A stretch of DNA of 64,000 nucleotides, from positions 320,001 through 384,000 of the forward strand of contig CAVZZA010000001.1 in NCBI GenBank assembly GCA_963779615.1. Reading direction: 5' to 3'. The notes under the pieces were generated by a model, which did not search any database, had not been told where the DNA came from, and saw only the letters and a program-made list of their open reading frames with translations. Source of the DNA: an uncultured Nitrososphaeraceae archaeon (GTDB lineage Archaea > Thermoproteota > Nitrososphaeria > Nitrososphaerales > Nitrososphaeraceae). The stretch's first letter is position 1. Every line of letters begins with the position of its first letter. Positions 53,593 through 64,000 of the stretch are shown piece by piece. The position numbers and the translations under genes were made by a program.

Positions 53593-54717
53593 TTACTCTA
53601 CGAAAGGATTTTGAAAAGAAGATATGATTTGAGAGATTTCAAAACGCATGAGGTGATTAGGCGGTACTTCTCTCGATAAAAACATTTTCCTCATTTTAGT
53701 GCCGCTTAATTCTTCTTTGAAATTTGAATCATGAGGGCAAGTTCTTTCATTTGCAAAATTCTCACATCTTTTACAATAATAAAAAGCAGGAAAAAATATC
53801 GGCTCTATTTCGAGATCCGGATAATCCTCAAAAATATCATGGGCAGCAAATGGAGCATAATAATCACCTACCCCAGCGTGATCTCTTCCTATTATAATAT
53901 GAGAACAGCCAAAGTTTTTGCGCATGATGGCATGATGAATTGCTTCTTTTGGCCCTGCATATTTCATTTCAGTATGTAAAGTGGAGAAAATAATTTTTGA
54001 TTTTGGGTAATAGTTATCTATTAGAGCACGATATGACTCCAAAATTACCTCATCTTTAAAATCTCCAGGCTTTTTTTTACCTATCAAAGGATTGATAAAT
54101 AAACCATCATAGATATTTAGCACAGCTTTCTGTAACATTTCATGCGCAACATGTGGAACATTTCTTGTCTGAAACCCTACAATACTTTTCCATCCACGAT
54201 TACTAATTTCGTTTCTGACTTGTGATGGCACCAAACGGATATTATCCAAATTGATGGTATTCAATGTTTTAACTTCCCCCGCAACAAGGGTGTCCCTCAT
54301 TTTAAGATAACTACCTACCCCAGGATGATATCGATCATCTGTTTGAAAGACCGACTTTGCTGATTGGAGTTTGTCAAAGGCATACAAATCCTTTGCATAC
54401 AATATTCCAAATATTTCACCATTATACCGTAAAGCAACCTCTGATTCATCTTTAACTTTTTTAGCAACATCATTATCCATATCCAGCACAATAGGAATTG
54501 TCCAAGGCAAACCGTTACTAAGGCGTCCTTGTTTTAAAACACTGAGAAAGTCATCCTCACCCATAAAACCATTTAATGGACTGAAAATACCAAAAGAGAT
54601 ATTTTCTGCTTCTTTTTTTAACCCAAGGTCTACATCCAATACAAACAAATCATCATCAATTTTAGATGAATCAAGAAAACTATTTACAAGAGTACCACCA
54701 TGTGGTTTTGGCATCAT
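53593..54717 (-). CDS. sat: Sulfate adenylyltransferase
   Basis: PHGG, FSPLNGFM, FQTRNVPHVAHE, YAGPKEA, IIGRDHAG, SGTKMR. Confidence 0.97.
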   Translation of the reverse strand: MMPKPHGGTLVNSFLDSSKIDDDLFVLDVDLGLKKEAENISFGIFSPLNGFMGEDDFLSVLKQGRLSNGLPWTIPIVLDMDNDVAKKVKDESEVALRYNGEIFGILYAKDLYAFDKLQSAKSVFQTDDRYHPGVGSYLKMRDTLVAGEVKTLNTINLDNIRLVPSQVRNEISNRGWKSIVGFQTRNVPHVAHEMLQKAVLNIYDGLFINPLIGKKKPGDFKDEVILESYRALIDNYYPKSKIIFSTLHTEMKYAGPKEAIHHAIMRKNFGCSHIIIGRDHAGVGDYYAPFAAHDIFEDYPDLEIEPIFFPAFYYCKRCENFANERTCPHDSNFKEELSGTKMRKMFLSREVPPNHLMRFEISQIISSFQNPFVE

Positions 54718-54760
54718 ATAACATAATAATAATGGTTATTTCTTTTTTTCTAGGCGAATT

Positions 54761-55501
54761 CTAATTTTTGTTCCAATGCAATCCGCATTCTTTGTGTAGA
54801 TCATTTTCCCACCACCATCGCCCTGATCGCATATCATCTTCTGGGGATATCGCGCGGGTGCAAGGGGCACAACCAATACTCGGATATCCTTTATCATGTA
54901 ATTTATTGTAGGGTATGTCGTTCTTTTTTATATGATCCCAAACCATGTCATTTGTCCAGTCCACCAGTGGATTAATTTTGATAACACCATGATTGGCTGA
55001 ATCTATTTCGACCTTTTTAGCATTTGCTCTCGTAAAAGTTTGATCTCGCCTCAAACCAGTTATCCAAGCATCCAAAGTTCTCAGAATTCTTTTCAAAGGG
55101 TGTATTTTTCGGACTTCACAACATAGCTTTCTATTTGGAACACTTTGGTACATCAAATTTATTCCCTTTTCATAAACCATTTCCTCAACCTCCAAATAAT
55201 CTGGGAATAATGTCTCTATAGATATTTGATATTTTTTTTTTATTTGATCCATAACATCATAGGTTTCTGGATTAAGTCTACCCGTATCCAAAGTAAAAAT
55301 TCTTGCATTACTTTTATCAATTTTGACCATTAAATCTATCAAAACTACGTCTTCAGCACCAAAACTAGACGCAAATGCAATTTTTGGGGAAAACTGTTCG
55401 AGCGACCAGGATAAAATATCATAAGCATTTTTTGTTTCAAATCCATCAAAATCTGTAGAAATGGATTTAGCAAAATTTGTTTTATTATCACCATTCAACA
55501 T
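54761..55501 (-). CDS. cysH: APS/PAPS reductase (Fe-S CC...CxxC type)
   Basis: SSFGAED, LDTGRL, CCEVRK, GYPSIGCAPCT, RSGRW, ECGLH. Confidence 0.95.
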   Translation of the reverse strand: MLNGDNKTNFAKSISTDFDGFETKNAYDILSWSLEQFSPKIAFASSFGAEDVVLIDLMVKIDKSNARIFTLDTGRLNPETYDVMDQIKKKYQISIETLFPDYLEVEEMVYEKGINLMYQSVPNRKLCCEVRKIHPLKRILRTLDAWITGLRRDQTFTRANAKKVEIDSANHGVIKINPLVDWTNDMVWDHIKKNDIPYNKLHDKGYPSIGCAPCTRAISPEDDMRSGRWWWENDLHKECGLHWNKN

Positions 55502-55662
55502 ATGAATAAATAACCGTTTAACTCTTATAACTATTATTACAATAAAGTCTAAACATCCATTAACAAAAATTCATTATTTGTCACTAAAGCAATAATTTTA
55601 TCAAAGTTATTATAGTTTATTAAGAAGTATAGAGAAGTTATTAAAGCTCGTGGTGGAAAAGT

Positions 55663-57006
55663 CTGGAATTAGAAAATAAATGGAATTTATTTACAAAATA
55701 TCATAAAATAGGATTTGATCCTTTAAGATGGTTACCAGAATGCTCAAACGAGTTAAAATATAGTGTGTTAAGCGCTTTATCCGAAGAACTTAAAAGAAAC
55801 AATTTAAAAATCAGCCCAAACTATTACAGTTATTTCCACTATCCAGAAAAAAAATTTATAGAAATAATAAGAAGGCTGTATAGATCAAATGAAGAATTAA
55901 AGGCAGAGGACCTGAAAACAAAAAAAGCCATTTCAATAATGAAATGGGACAAAAATACAGTCTACGATAACAATCTGTTGATAAAAAAGATAAAAAAAAT
56001 TTCTGAAAGACTGAAAACCAAGGTAGAAATAGAAAAAGTTTCTATTATACCAACAAATAGTAACGAAGATTTTCAGTTCACGCTATTTGATCATATTAAA
56101 ACTCAAAGGGGAAACAGATCTGGCTATACCGTTGTTACTGCATCCAACACTCAAGCTACAGACGTTAGCCAAGACATAGAATCCCCAATCCATATGGAAA
56201 TATCACTAACAGAGTCTATAAATTTATTAAATTTAGTAGGGTCTTCAACGGATACAAGACTTTTTCCTATCTATGATGCACCCAATGATGATCTTCTAGA
56301 CAAGATTAGAAAAAATATAGATAATTTTACAGTAAAATACAACTATTCGTTTGAAGACTATAGTTCATTAAAACTAAACAGTCTCTTTTTTGGCACAACA
56401 GCTACCGGTAACACACACAAAGAGATTCCAAACAGGTTTGATTTGATAAAAGAAGATACACAGATAATAATTACTGACAAATTGGGTCTTTTAGCGTGCC
56501 TTAGTTTATACATAATTACAACCATTAATGAAAAAATATTCGAAAAATTAAACAAAAATGGCATACAAGAAACCAAATTAAAAGAGCTAAAAGATCTGGC
56601 TATCAAAAATCTAACCGAACCAAAGACTTCACTAGGTAAAACAATAACAAAGTTTTTACCGGACTTTGAAACCGAGTTTGACATTCAATCACACATACTA
56701 GCTACATACCCCATTTCGAAAAATGGGATTTCATCCTTCTATGAAATCTCAAAATTGACCAAAAGTGAATTAATCATAGACAATGTTCCTGTAATTGATA
56801 AAGACATTGCAAATTTTGTGTCAAAAGAATTTTTGATATCTAATTCCACAGCCTCAACACCCAATACCAACATGATTTTAGTATCCAAAGAACTATCTTC
56901 AACAGTTATTGATGAATTGAATAAAAGTAAGTTTAATCCCAGAGTTATCGGAAGGATTGGAAAAATGGGGGCAACGGGAATCACTTTTAACAAAAAGAAC
57001 GAGTAA
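55663..57006 (+). CDS. SelD-like (PurM/AIRS fold) protein; N-terminus extends upstream of ORF-track start
   Basis: Frame open from 55645 (LELENKWNLFTKYHKIGFDPLRWLPECSNE). QATDV...P, PIYDAP, FFGTTA, PRVIGRI resemble the archaeal SelD-like family. Confidence 0.6.
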   Translation: MELENKWNLFTKYHKIGFDPLRWLPECSNELKYSVLSALSEELKRNNLKISPNYYSYFHYPEKKFIEIIRRLYRSNEELKAEDLKTKKAISIMKWDKNTVYDNNLLIKKIKKISERLKTKVEIEKVSIIPTNSNEDFQFTLFDHIKTQRGNRSGYTVVTASNTQATDVSQDIESPIHMEISLTESINLLNLVGSSTDTRLFPIYDAPNDDLLDKIRKNIDNFTVKYNYSFEDYSSLKLNSLFFGTTATGNTHKEIPNRFDLIKEDTQIIITDKLGLLACLSLYIITTINEKIFEKLNKNGIQETKLKELKDLAIKNLTEPKTSLGKTITKFLPDFETEFDIQSHILATYPISKNGISSFYEISKLTKSELIIDNVPVIDKDIANFVSKEFLISNSTASTPNTNMILVSKELSSTVIDELNKSKFNPRVIGRIGKMGATGITFNKKNE

Positions 57007-57090
57007 AAAGTAAAAATTGGTCAATACACAAGAAAAATGAAACCTTTTGACAATTATTGGTTGTGGATGATAAAAAGAGTTATTCCCAAG

Positions 57091-57576
57091 TTATTCCCAA
57101 GATGTACCCTTTAATTTAGAATACCTTAAAAATGCTTTATTTTTATCCAGACCAGAAGTGTTAGCATCAGTTAAATTTGCCTCAACAAATATTGTTTTAT
57201 TTATAATGCTTCCACGCAGATCGGATCTCTCCAAATCACCGCACATAAAATTAGCATTATCCAAATTACTTTTAGTTAGAAATGAATCCTTTAAATTAGC
57301 ATACATCATCAATGCATTAGATAAATCTGCACCGTCGAACTTTGAGTTCATTAAATTTGATTGAACCAAATTTGTGGTCCTTAGCCTGGAATTGGAAAAG
57401 TCAGAATTAATAAAAGAAACTCCATTAGTATATGCATTGGATATATCCATATTAGAAAAATCCTCTCCATCAAATACTAACTTTAGTGTAAGATTTTTCA
57501 TTCTCCATTCATTAAATTCATCAATCTGTTCATTTTGAAGCAATAACAATCCTTCGGCTTGTTTTGACTCGGACAT
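57091..57576 (-). CDS. Pentapeptide repeat protein
   Basis: EFNEWR N-terminus, (A/S)(D/N)Lxx repeats. Confidence 0.92.
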   Translation of the reverse strand: MSESKQAEGLLLLQNEQIDEFNEWRMKNLTLKLVFDGEDFSNMDISNAYTNGVSFINSDFSNSRLRTTNLVQSNLMNSKFDGADLSNALMMYANLKDSFLTKSNLDNANFMCGDLERSDLRGSIINKTIFVEANLTDANTSGLDKNKAFLRYSKLKGTSWE

Positions 57577-57676
57577 ACAAATATCTTTTGCAATATCAAT
57601 ATTAATTTGTTGATTTCAAAAATGCATCAAATGATTATGACATCAACGACATCCAACTTGGAAAAACAAATAAATA

Positions 57677-58123
57677 TCAACCACCAGTCATTTTTGTAAA
57701 TTTATTGTTTCGTTTTACATAAGAAACATAATCAAGATTAGCAAGAGCAACCATAGCTGATTCTTGTACCTCTTGGCGTTCATCATCTAGGGCCCGTTTT
57801 AAGGTATTTCGAGACGCCTCGGATGCAATAACGCCTAAAGCAATAGCTGCTTCATGCCTTACAAAAAAGCTTGGATCAGATAAAACTGCCCTGGACAGAG
57901 CATTTATTCCGCTAGCATAGCCTAGCTGGCCAAGTGAGAAAGCTGCCTCGTGTCTTACTAAATGATCGTTATCGTTTAATAACACATCCCCAATTGATTC
58001 AACTGCACTTTCCCCAGAAATATCTGCAAGAATACAAACCGCTCTTGTCCTTACAACGTAATCCTCATGCCTTAACAATTTTTCAAAATAATCCTCATCT
58101 TGCAAATCAAAGTGCTTTTCCAT
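57677..58123 (-). CDS. PBS-lyase/HEAT repeat protein with two HE motifs (DOHH-like half)
   Basis: LVRHEAAFSLGQLG and FVRHEAAIALG. Confidence 0.85.
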   Translation of the reverse strand: MEKHFDLQDEDYFEKLLRHEDYVVRTRAVCILADISGESAVESIGDVLLNDNDHLVRHEAAFSLGQLGYASGINALSRAVLSDPSFFVRHEAAIALGVIASEASRNTLKRALDDERQEVQESAMVALANLDYVSYVKRNNKFTKMTGG

Positions 58124-58243
58124 ATCAAGTAATAAGTGTACCTCTATTTTCCAACTGGATTATCAAAATAACAATCATTTATAATGGTTTTGCAAAGAAG
58201 GTTTTTCAAGTATTAAATATAGCTATTCATCCAAAGAGATACT

Positions 58244-58702
58244 ATGCGTGTAAGGTATTGGAGGCTTAATTTTGATGATTTAAAAAATGGCGAATATCCT
58301 GTAGAAAAGGTTAACCATTGGGAGATAAAATGCCTGCAAGGGGAGTATGAACATTTTGGAGTATTCTGGTACAAATACGGAACTCCATTTGATAAAGAGC
58401 CTGTAAATGGAGTATGCTTTTATTATAATGACATACCTTTGACCAAGGTTGAAGATATCGCCAATTTTTTGCATTCTAAGTTTGGAGGAAAAATAGCCTA
58501 TAGACAAACGCGGGTATTTTTGCAGGGCTCAAAAGAATTTGCAGACAAACAATCAATAGGCAATTTAGCAGAAGAATTAAGTTCAAGGTATAGCGCGCCT
58601 ATTGAAATGACAATGGAATTTGAGAAAATAGATAAAGAGACGCAGGAGAAGATCATAACACTTCCCCTAAACAAGGCTTTACCCATTGTAGGCCCAGACT
58701 GA
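58244..58702 (+). CDS. Hypothetical protein
   Basis: 152-aa ORF with ATG, aromatic-rich. No family recognised. Confidence 0.75.
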   Translation: MRVRYWRLNFDDLKNGEYPVEKVNHWEIKCLQGEYEHFGVFWYKYGTPFDKEPVNGVCFYYNDIPLTKVEDIANFLHSKFGGKIAYRQTRVFLQGSKEFADKQSIGNLAEELSSRYSAPIEMTMEFEKIDKETQEKIITLPLNKALPIVGPD

Positions 58703-58787
58703 CCAATAATCGGGCTGCTGCTACATATAGAGGTGTAAGATACCTATATATTATTTGGGTTTTACCTTTTAATACGCCTTATAACCA

Positions 58788-59621
58788 ATGGATAAAGAAG
58801 GTAGTTTGATAGAAAAAAAATTGAGGGGTTCTGGTGGGTACACCATTGCCAAGGTTAACGACAATGAGCAGAGAATGGCAAATTTGGGCGGTCCTGAATT
58901 ATTTTTAGCTGGAATAGGAAGGCTGGAAACTGACAGGTTTGTTAAATACCATTGCAATAAATGCGAAAAAGATTACCAAGGAGCTCCAAACATTCAATTT
59001 GAGAACCCTAATGAAGATTTAGGTGAAAACATAATATTAATTGAAAAAGGAGAATACAAATGCAAATTGTGTGATTATACCATTGCACAATACAGAAAAT
59101 TTAACGAGGCAAAGGAAAACAATGTTATTTCACAAGATAATAATGGTACAGAGGGAAAAACAGAGACAAAAGAAGAGCCATTGAAAAAATCAGCATCATC
59201 AGACGATCAAAAGACAAGAACAAGCCCGACAAATAACAACTCTAGAACAAGTGATCTAGAAATTGGGTACAGTCCAATTGAAAAAATAATAGGCATGTCC
59301 ACCTATAATAATAATGCACAATTAGTTGGTAAAATAAGCGAAATAGGTTTGAGAAAAACCTCGGAAGGAAAAGTTCAATTCAGTTTTAAAACAATCAACT
59401 CAAACAATGAAATCATGGAAGTTGAATGGGAAAATATCGACAAAATAGGAGACATAGTCATCTTGCATGATAAAGGTATTGACAACGAAGCGCACCCCAT
59501 TAAAGAAAAGACGGACACTAATAAAACAGTAGACCAGGATCATAAGATATGTGCGTATTGTAACCATAAAAATGACATAGAGTCTCTATTCTGTGAAGAA
59601 TGCGGTAAAAAAATAGAATAG
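58788..59621 (+). CDS. Zn-finger + PRC-barrel + zinc-ribbon protein
   Basis: CNKC...CKLC, IIGMSTYNNNAQLVGKISEIG...WENIDKIGDIVIL, CAYC...FCEECG. Confidence 0.8.
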   Translation: MDKEGSLIEKKLRGSGGYTIAKVNDNEQRMANLGGPELFLAGIGRLETDRFVKYHCNKCEKDYQGAPNIQFENPNEDLGENIILIEKGEYKCKLCDYTIAQYRKFNEAKENNVISQDNNGTEGKTETKEEPLKKSASSDDQKTRTSPTNNNSRTSDLEIGYSPIEKIIGMSTYNNNAQLVGKISEIGLRKTSEGKVQFSFKTINSNNEIMEVEWENIDKIGDIVILHDKGIDNEAHPIKEKTDTNKTVDQDHKICAYCNHKNDIESLFCEECGKKIE

Positions 59622-59628
59622 GATCATC

Positions 59629-61747
59629 TCAGTTATTTGAAAGTCCGATTCTCACATCCACAACCCTTGAGCCTTTTCCTTCCTCTAGTACCAATAGGGG
59701 GTTTATGTCAAACTCTTCAATTTCAGGGAAATCAACAACCAGTTGGGACAAGCGCAGCAAGCAATCAACTATAGACGACAGATCGGAAGGCCTTTCGCCC
59801 CTGGCACCTTTTAACAAATCAATGGTTTTTATAGAATTAACCATGTCTTTTGCTTCTGGTTCAGAGATTGGCGCCAGTCTAAAGTTTACATCCTTTAAAA
59901 TTTCAACATAAATACCACCCAAACCAAACATTAGTAACGGTCCAAATAATTTGTCTTGTTTGGACCCAAGGATTGTCTCCCTTGATTTGGTTATCATTTC
60001 CTGAACGAGAATACCCTTAATATCCGCATTAGGGTGGCGGTCTTTTACATTAGACAGTATCAAATTAAAAGCATCTTTTACCTCGGCGTCATTTTTTAGC
60101 CCAACCCTTACGCCCCCCGAATCTGATTTGTGTATTACGTCTTTAGACGATATCTTCATCACCACAGGATAGCCAATGCTGTTTGAGGCGTTTACCGCAT
60201 CATTTTCATCATTTACAAGTATACTTTTAGGGACAGGAAACCCATATGCTTTAAGCACCTCATAACCCTCGTCTTCCAAAAGATTTGAACGTCCCTGCCT
60301 TTTTACATCCAACAAAATATCTTTAACCTTTTGTTTGTCTACAGGATACGATTTTACAGGCTCATTTTTGATATTTAGCCATCTGCTAAATCTATACATG
60401 GATTCAAGCGTTCGTATAGCTGGTTCGGCATACATAAAATGCGGTATTCCGCCTTCTGACAATATCTGTTTATTTTCCAACCCTTCAGCTAGACCCATCA
60501 AAGCCGCCAACATAGTTTTCCCCGTATTTTTTGAGGTTTTGATTACTGTTCTAGCCAATTCATTATAATCCAAAGTTGCCGATGGGGTGCACATTGTAAC
60601 AACCGATCCAACATTAGGATTGGACAAGATTTCCTGAAGAACCTTTTCGAATCTGTTATAATCCGCATCGCCTACAATGTCAATAGGGTTTCTTGAGGAG
60701 CCATGAGGAGGAATAACTTTGGATATAAAATCCTTAGAATCAGAAATGTCCGCCATTTGTAGTCCATATTTTGAGCAGGAGTCCGTCGATATAATTGCCG
60801 GTCCACCAGCATTAGAAACAATAACAACACCTTTACTATTCACAGGTAATGGTTGTTTGGAAAAGGCAGTGGCCAATTCAAATAGTTCCTGCATAGTATC
60901 TACCCGAATAACGCCGGATTGTTTAAAAACTGATTCGTATATCTCATCCGATCCCATCAGTGCGCCTGTATGGGACATAGCGGCTTTTGCACCTTCAGGA
61001 GTTCTACCAGCCTTTAAAACAATTATTGGTTTTCTTTTTTCAAAAGTAATCCTTTTTGCCACATTCATAAATCTACGGCCATCACGAATATCCTCTAAAT
61101 ACATCACAATTACTTTTGTGGATGGATCATCTTCAAGTAGTTCAAGAATATCGTTTTCATCCATATCAACTTTGTTTCCCATGCTAATTACTTTTGAAAA
61201 GCCTATTCCTTGAGCCATTGCGTCCTCCACCGTAGCCGCACAAATAGCACCGCTTTGAGAAACCAATGCGATTTCTCCATATTTAGGGGTAATTTTTAAA
61301 AATGTCAGATTCACAAGGTTTTGTTCTGTCAGGCTCATTATTCCAAGGCAATTCGGCCCTATTATTCTAATTCCATAGTGTTTTCCTATATCCTTAATTA
61401 TTTCCTCGAGTTTAGCGCCAGACTCATCCACTTCTCTAAAGCCAGCTGAAACAATTATTGATGCCTTTATTTTTTTTTTACCTATTTCTTCCATAACCGA
61501 AGGCACAATTTTACTTGGGGTTGCCACAACTGCCAAATCAATATCATCAACTACATCCAGGACACTTTTGTATGCCTTTATTCCAAATACAGAAGGACTG
61601 GTGGGCGTAACAGGGTAAATTTTCCCATTGTAACCATTTTTAATGTTTAAAAAAATGGCCTTTCCCACTCCAGGTCTTTCCGAGGCTCCTACTATTGCAA
61701 TAGAAGTTGGCGAAAGAAAAATATCTTTTATATTTTCAGGTACTCAA
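59629..61747 (-). CDS. 4-hydroxybutyrate-CoA ligase (ADP-forming), 3HP/4HB carbon fixation cycle; apparent +1 frameshift at extreme 5' end
   Basis: ACD-family alpha-beta fusion (GPNCLG, SQSGAICAA, AAMSHTGALMGSD, NAGGPAIISTD, HKSDSGGV), resembling my recollection of Nmar_0206. Conserved FLSPTSIAIVGAS lies upstream of GTG 61668. Confidence 0.8.
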
Positions 61748-61829
61748 TAAAAAGTTTAATAGTCGTTGGTTATAAAAATATAACAAAAAAATCTAGTTTT
61801 TATATCAATAAACCATATCAAAACAATTA

Positions 61830-63220
61830 TTGAATGAGCATATGGACACGATTTTGAATGTCGATACCAACAAATTATTGGATGATCTTGTAAGACTGAT
61901 CAGAATTCCAAGTGTTTCTGCAAGGAATCAAAATTTAGAAGAGTGCGCCAAAGAGGTGGCACAAATTATGAAAGAAATTGGAATAGATTCAGAATTAATA
62001 TATTTTGATGAGGGGGACAAAAATGCTGGTCCGCTGCTCCACCAATAGTGTATGGAGAAGTAAAATCAAAATCAAATCCAAATGGAAAAACAATTTTGTT
62101 TTATAATCACTATGATGTTCAACCAGAGGACCCATTGGATTTATGGGACTGTAATCCATTTGAAGGAATAGTTAAAGGGGATAAAATTTTCGGAAGGGGC
62201 GCTTCGGATGACAAAGGAGAACTAATAACAAGATTAAACGCGGTAGAGTATTTCCTAAAACAAACAGGAGATGTCCCAGTTAACATAAAGTTTTTGGTAG
62301 AAGGCGAAGAGGAGGTTGGAAGTAATAGCATTTCAAAGTTTATAAACAAAGACAAAAAAAAATTCAAAACAGATCTGGTTATATGGGAATTTGGGTATAT
62401 CGACCAAAGAGAGCGTCCGATAATAAGCCTGGGCATGAAGGGGTTATTGTATGTGGAAATGACTGCTACTGGCCCCTCAAGGGACGTTCATTCAAGCTTG
62501 GCGGTATTGATTGAGAATCCCGCATGGAAGTTAGTCCATGCGCTATCATCATTGGTTAATGAAACGGGGACAATATTGATTGAGGATTGGTACGATGAAG
62601 TTAAAAAATTAACAGATGAAGAAATCACAATGATAAAGAATGAACCATTTGATGAAGAAAGTTTCAAAAAAGAATACGGAATCAGTAAATTTATCAACAA
62701 TATTGATGAAAAGGACATCAAAAAAGCACTTGTAAGCGAACCAACCTGCAACATTACTGGGTTGATTTCAGGATATACGGGAGAGGGAGCCAAAACAATA
62801 ATACCATCCAAGGCGTCGGTAAAAATAGATTTTCGATTGGTTCCCGACATGGATCCGGACCTTCAGTTTGAAAGATTAAAAAAACACCTGGAGAAAAACG
62901 GATTTGGAGACATTCAAATTACAAGGATCCACGGAGAGGCTGCTGGCAGAACAGACATAAACAATCATTATGTAAAGTTAGTTCAAGAGTCTGCAAACAG
63001 AGTTTTTGGAGAGTCAATAATATCTGTTTCTTCCGCAGGCACTGGCCCAATGTATGAATTTATTAATTTACTAAAAGTTCCCTGCATATCTATCGGCGGA
63101 ACATACATATTTTCCAGAATTCACTCCCCAAATGAATACGCCAGAATCGATCTGCTTGAAAAAACCACAAAGTGCATGATAACAATCATTGACAAAATAT
63201 CAAAAATCCAAAGTTATTGA
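61830..63220 (+). CDS. M20 family metallopeptidase/deacylase, frameshifted near 62030
   Basis: LIRIPSVSA in the first ORF. YNHYDVQP, GRGASDDKG, EGEEEVGS, IHSPNE in the second. Confidence 0.9.
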
Positions 63221-63265
63221 ACTTATTATTTTTACTTATAAGTATGAAATGAGTTTTTATTGACA

Positions 63266-64000
63266 TTGGGTACTGAATATCATGACGACTACCTTATAAA
63301 AGACTGGGAGAAAAGCGTAGTAAAAAAAGTAAATGAAAAAGAGACAATAAAAGAAATTTCAGAGTATGCTCTACATCTCGCAAGAATTATCAACTATCCA
63401 AATCTAAACATTGATTATCACATAAAGCAGATTGAAGAGACAGGCGAAGAACTAAAGAGGAGGATAAAAAATCCAAAAGAGTTGAGACCTACTCACATTA
63501 TTGAAAAATTTAACGAGTTTTTTTTCGAGGATAAAAAATTTCAGCCAAACATCAATGATTATTACAACCCTGTCAACAATTACTTAAACATAGTTTTAGA
63601 GAAGAGGACAGGAATTCCAATAACTTTGTCTTTAATTTATATTCATTTGGCAAGTTTTTTAAATTTTGACCTGCAGCCAGTAAATTTTCCCTCACATTTT
63701 TTAGTAAAATACGTATTTGATGCAGATTTAAACGAAAACATAATAATTGATCCATTCAACAAAGGGAGAATTATTGATGACTACATACTTCAAGATTTAC
63801 TAAATAAAATAAACCCCAAATTGAATATTTCCGTCTCCAACAACATATTAGAAAAGGCAAGCACCTCTCAAATTTTAATCAGATTATTGAATAATTTAAA
63901 GAACGGGTATATAGAGGTGGATGACCTGGAGAAGGTCGAAATAATAAACGAGATGATATTGTCATTAGACAGGTTTAATCCGGAAGCGATAAGAGACAAG
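63266..64000 (+). CDS. SirB1/transglutaminase-like (Transglut_core2) protein, runs off window end
   Basis: Hand translation: YYNPVNNYLNIVLEKRTGIPITLSLIY...PVNFPSHFLVK...IIDPFNKG...RLLNNLK. No stop within window. Confidence 0.88.
   Translation, partial: MGTEYHDDYLIKDWEKSVVKKVNEKETIKEISEYALHLARIINYPNLNIDYHIKQIEETGEELKRRIKNPKELRPTHIIEKFNEFFFEDKKFQPNINDYYNPVNNYLNIVLEKRTGIPITLSLIYIHLASFLNFDLQPVNFPSHFLVKYVFDADLNENIIIDPFNKGRIIDDYILQDLLNKINPKLNISVSNNILEKASTSQILIRLLNNLKNGYIEVDDLEKVEIINEMILSLDRFNPEAIRDK

Overview
AT-rich chromosomal segment from an ammonia-oxidising archaeon. The standalone amoC, the ADP-forming 4-hydroxybutyrate-CoA ligase, archaeal information-processing genes and low GC point to Nitrososphaerales, most likely Nitrosocosmicus (inference). 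About 1-8250 is an accessory, decaying region: alpha/beta hydrolase, remnants of a catalase-related peroxidase, a non-haem chloroperoxidase and an IS6-like transposase, an intact Zn alcohol dehydrogenase and a Mo/W ABC transporter. The rest is mostly core genome: eIF6, leuCD, psmB, tgtA, Lsm, adenylate kinase, radA, rtcB, purB, smc, amoC, glyA, ferredoxin, gatDE, hisBHAF, lysA, cdc48, rpl2, nth, sat, cysH. Best leads: (i) a 2-TM + HD-domain + degenerate TrmB-like fusion upstream of smc; (ii) a half-length DOHH-like HE-motif HEAT protein; (iii) a SelD-like gene lacking the catalytic Lys, divergent from cysH-sat; (iv) an identical 16-bp promoter core before amoC and a ferredoxin; (v) a cupredoxin with an 8x57-bp sequon-rich stalk; (vi) a catalase remnant absent from the ORF track. 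Several single-base frameshifts in core genes (rtcB, cdc48, 4HB-CoA ligase, M20 peptidase) suggest assembly errors. No rRNA, intact tRNA or CRISPR array was recognised. All calls rest on motif recognition by eye; no database search was run.
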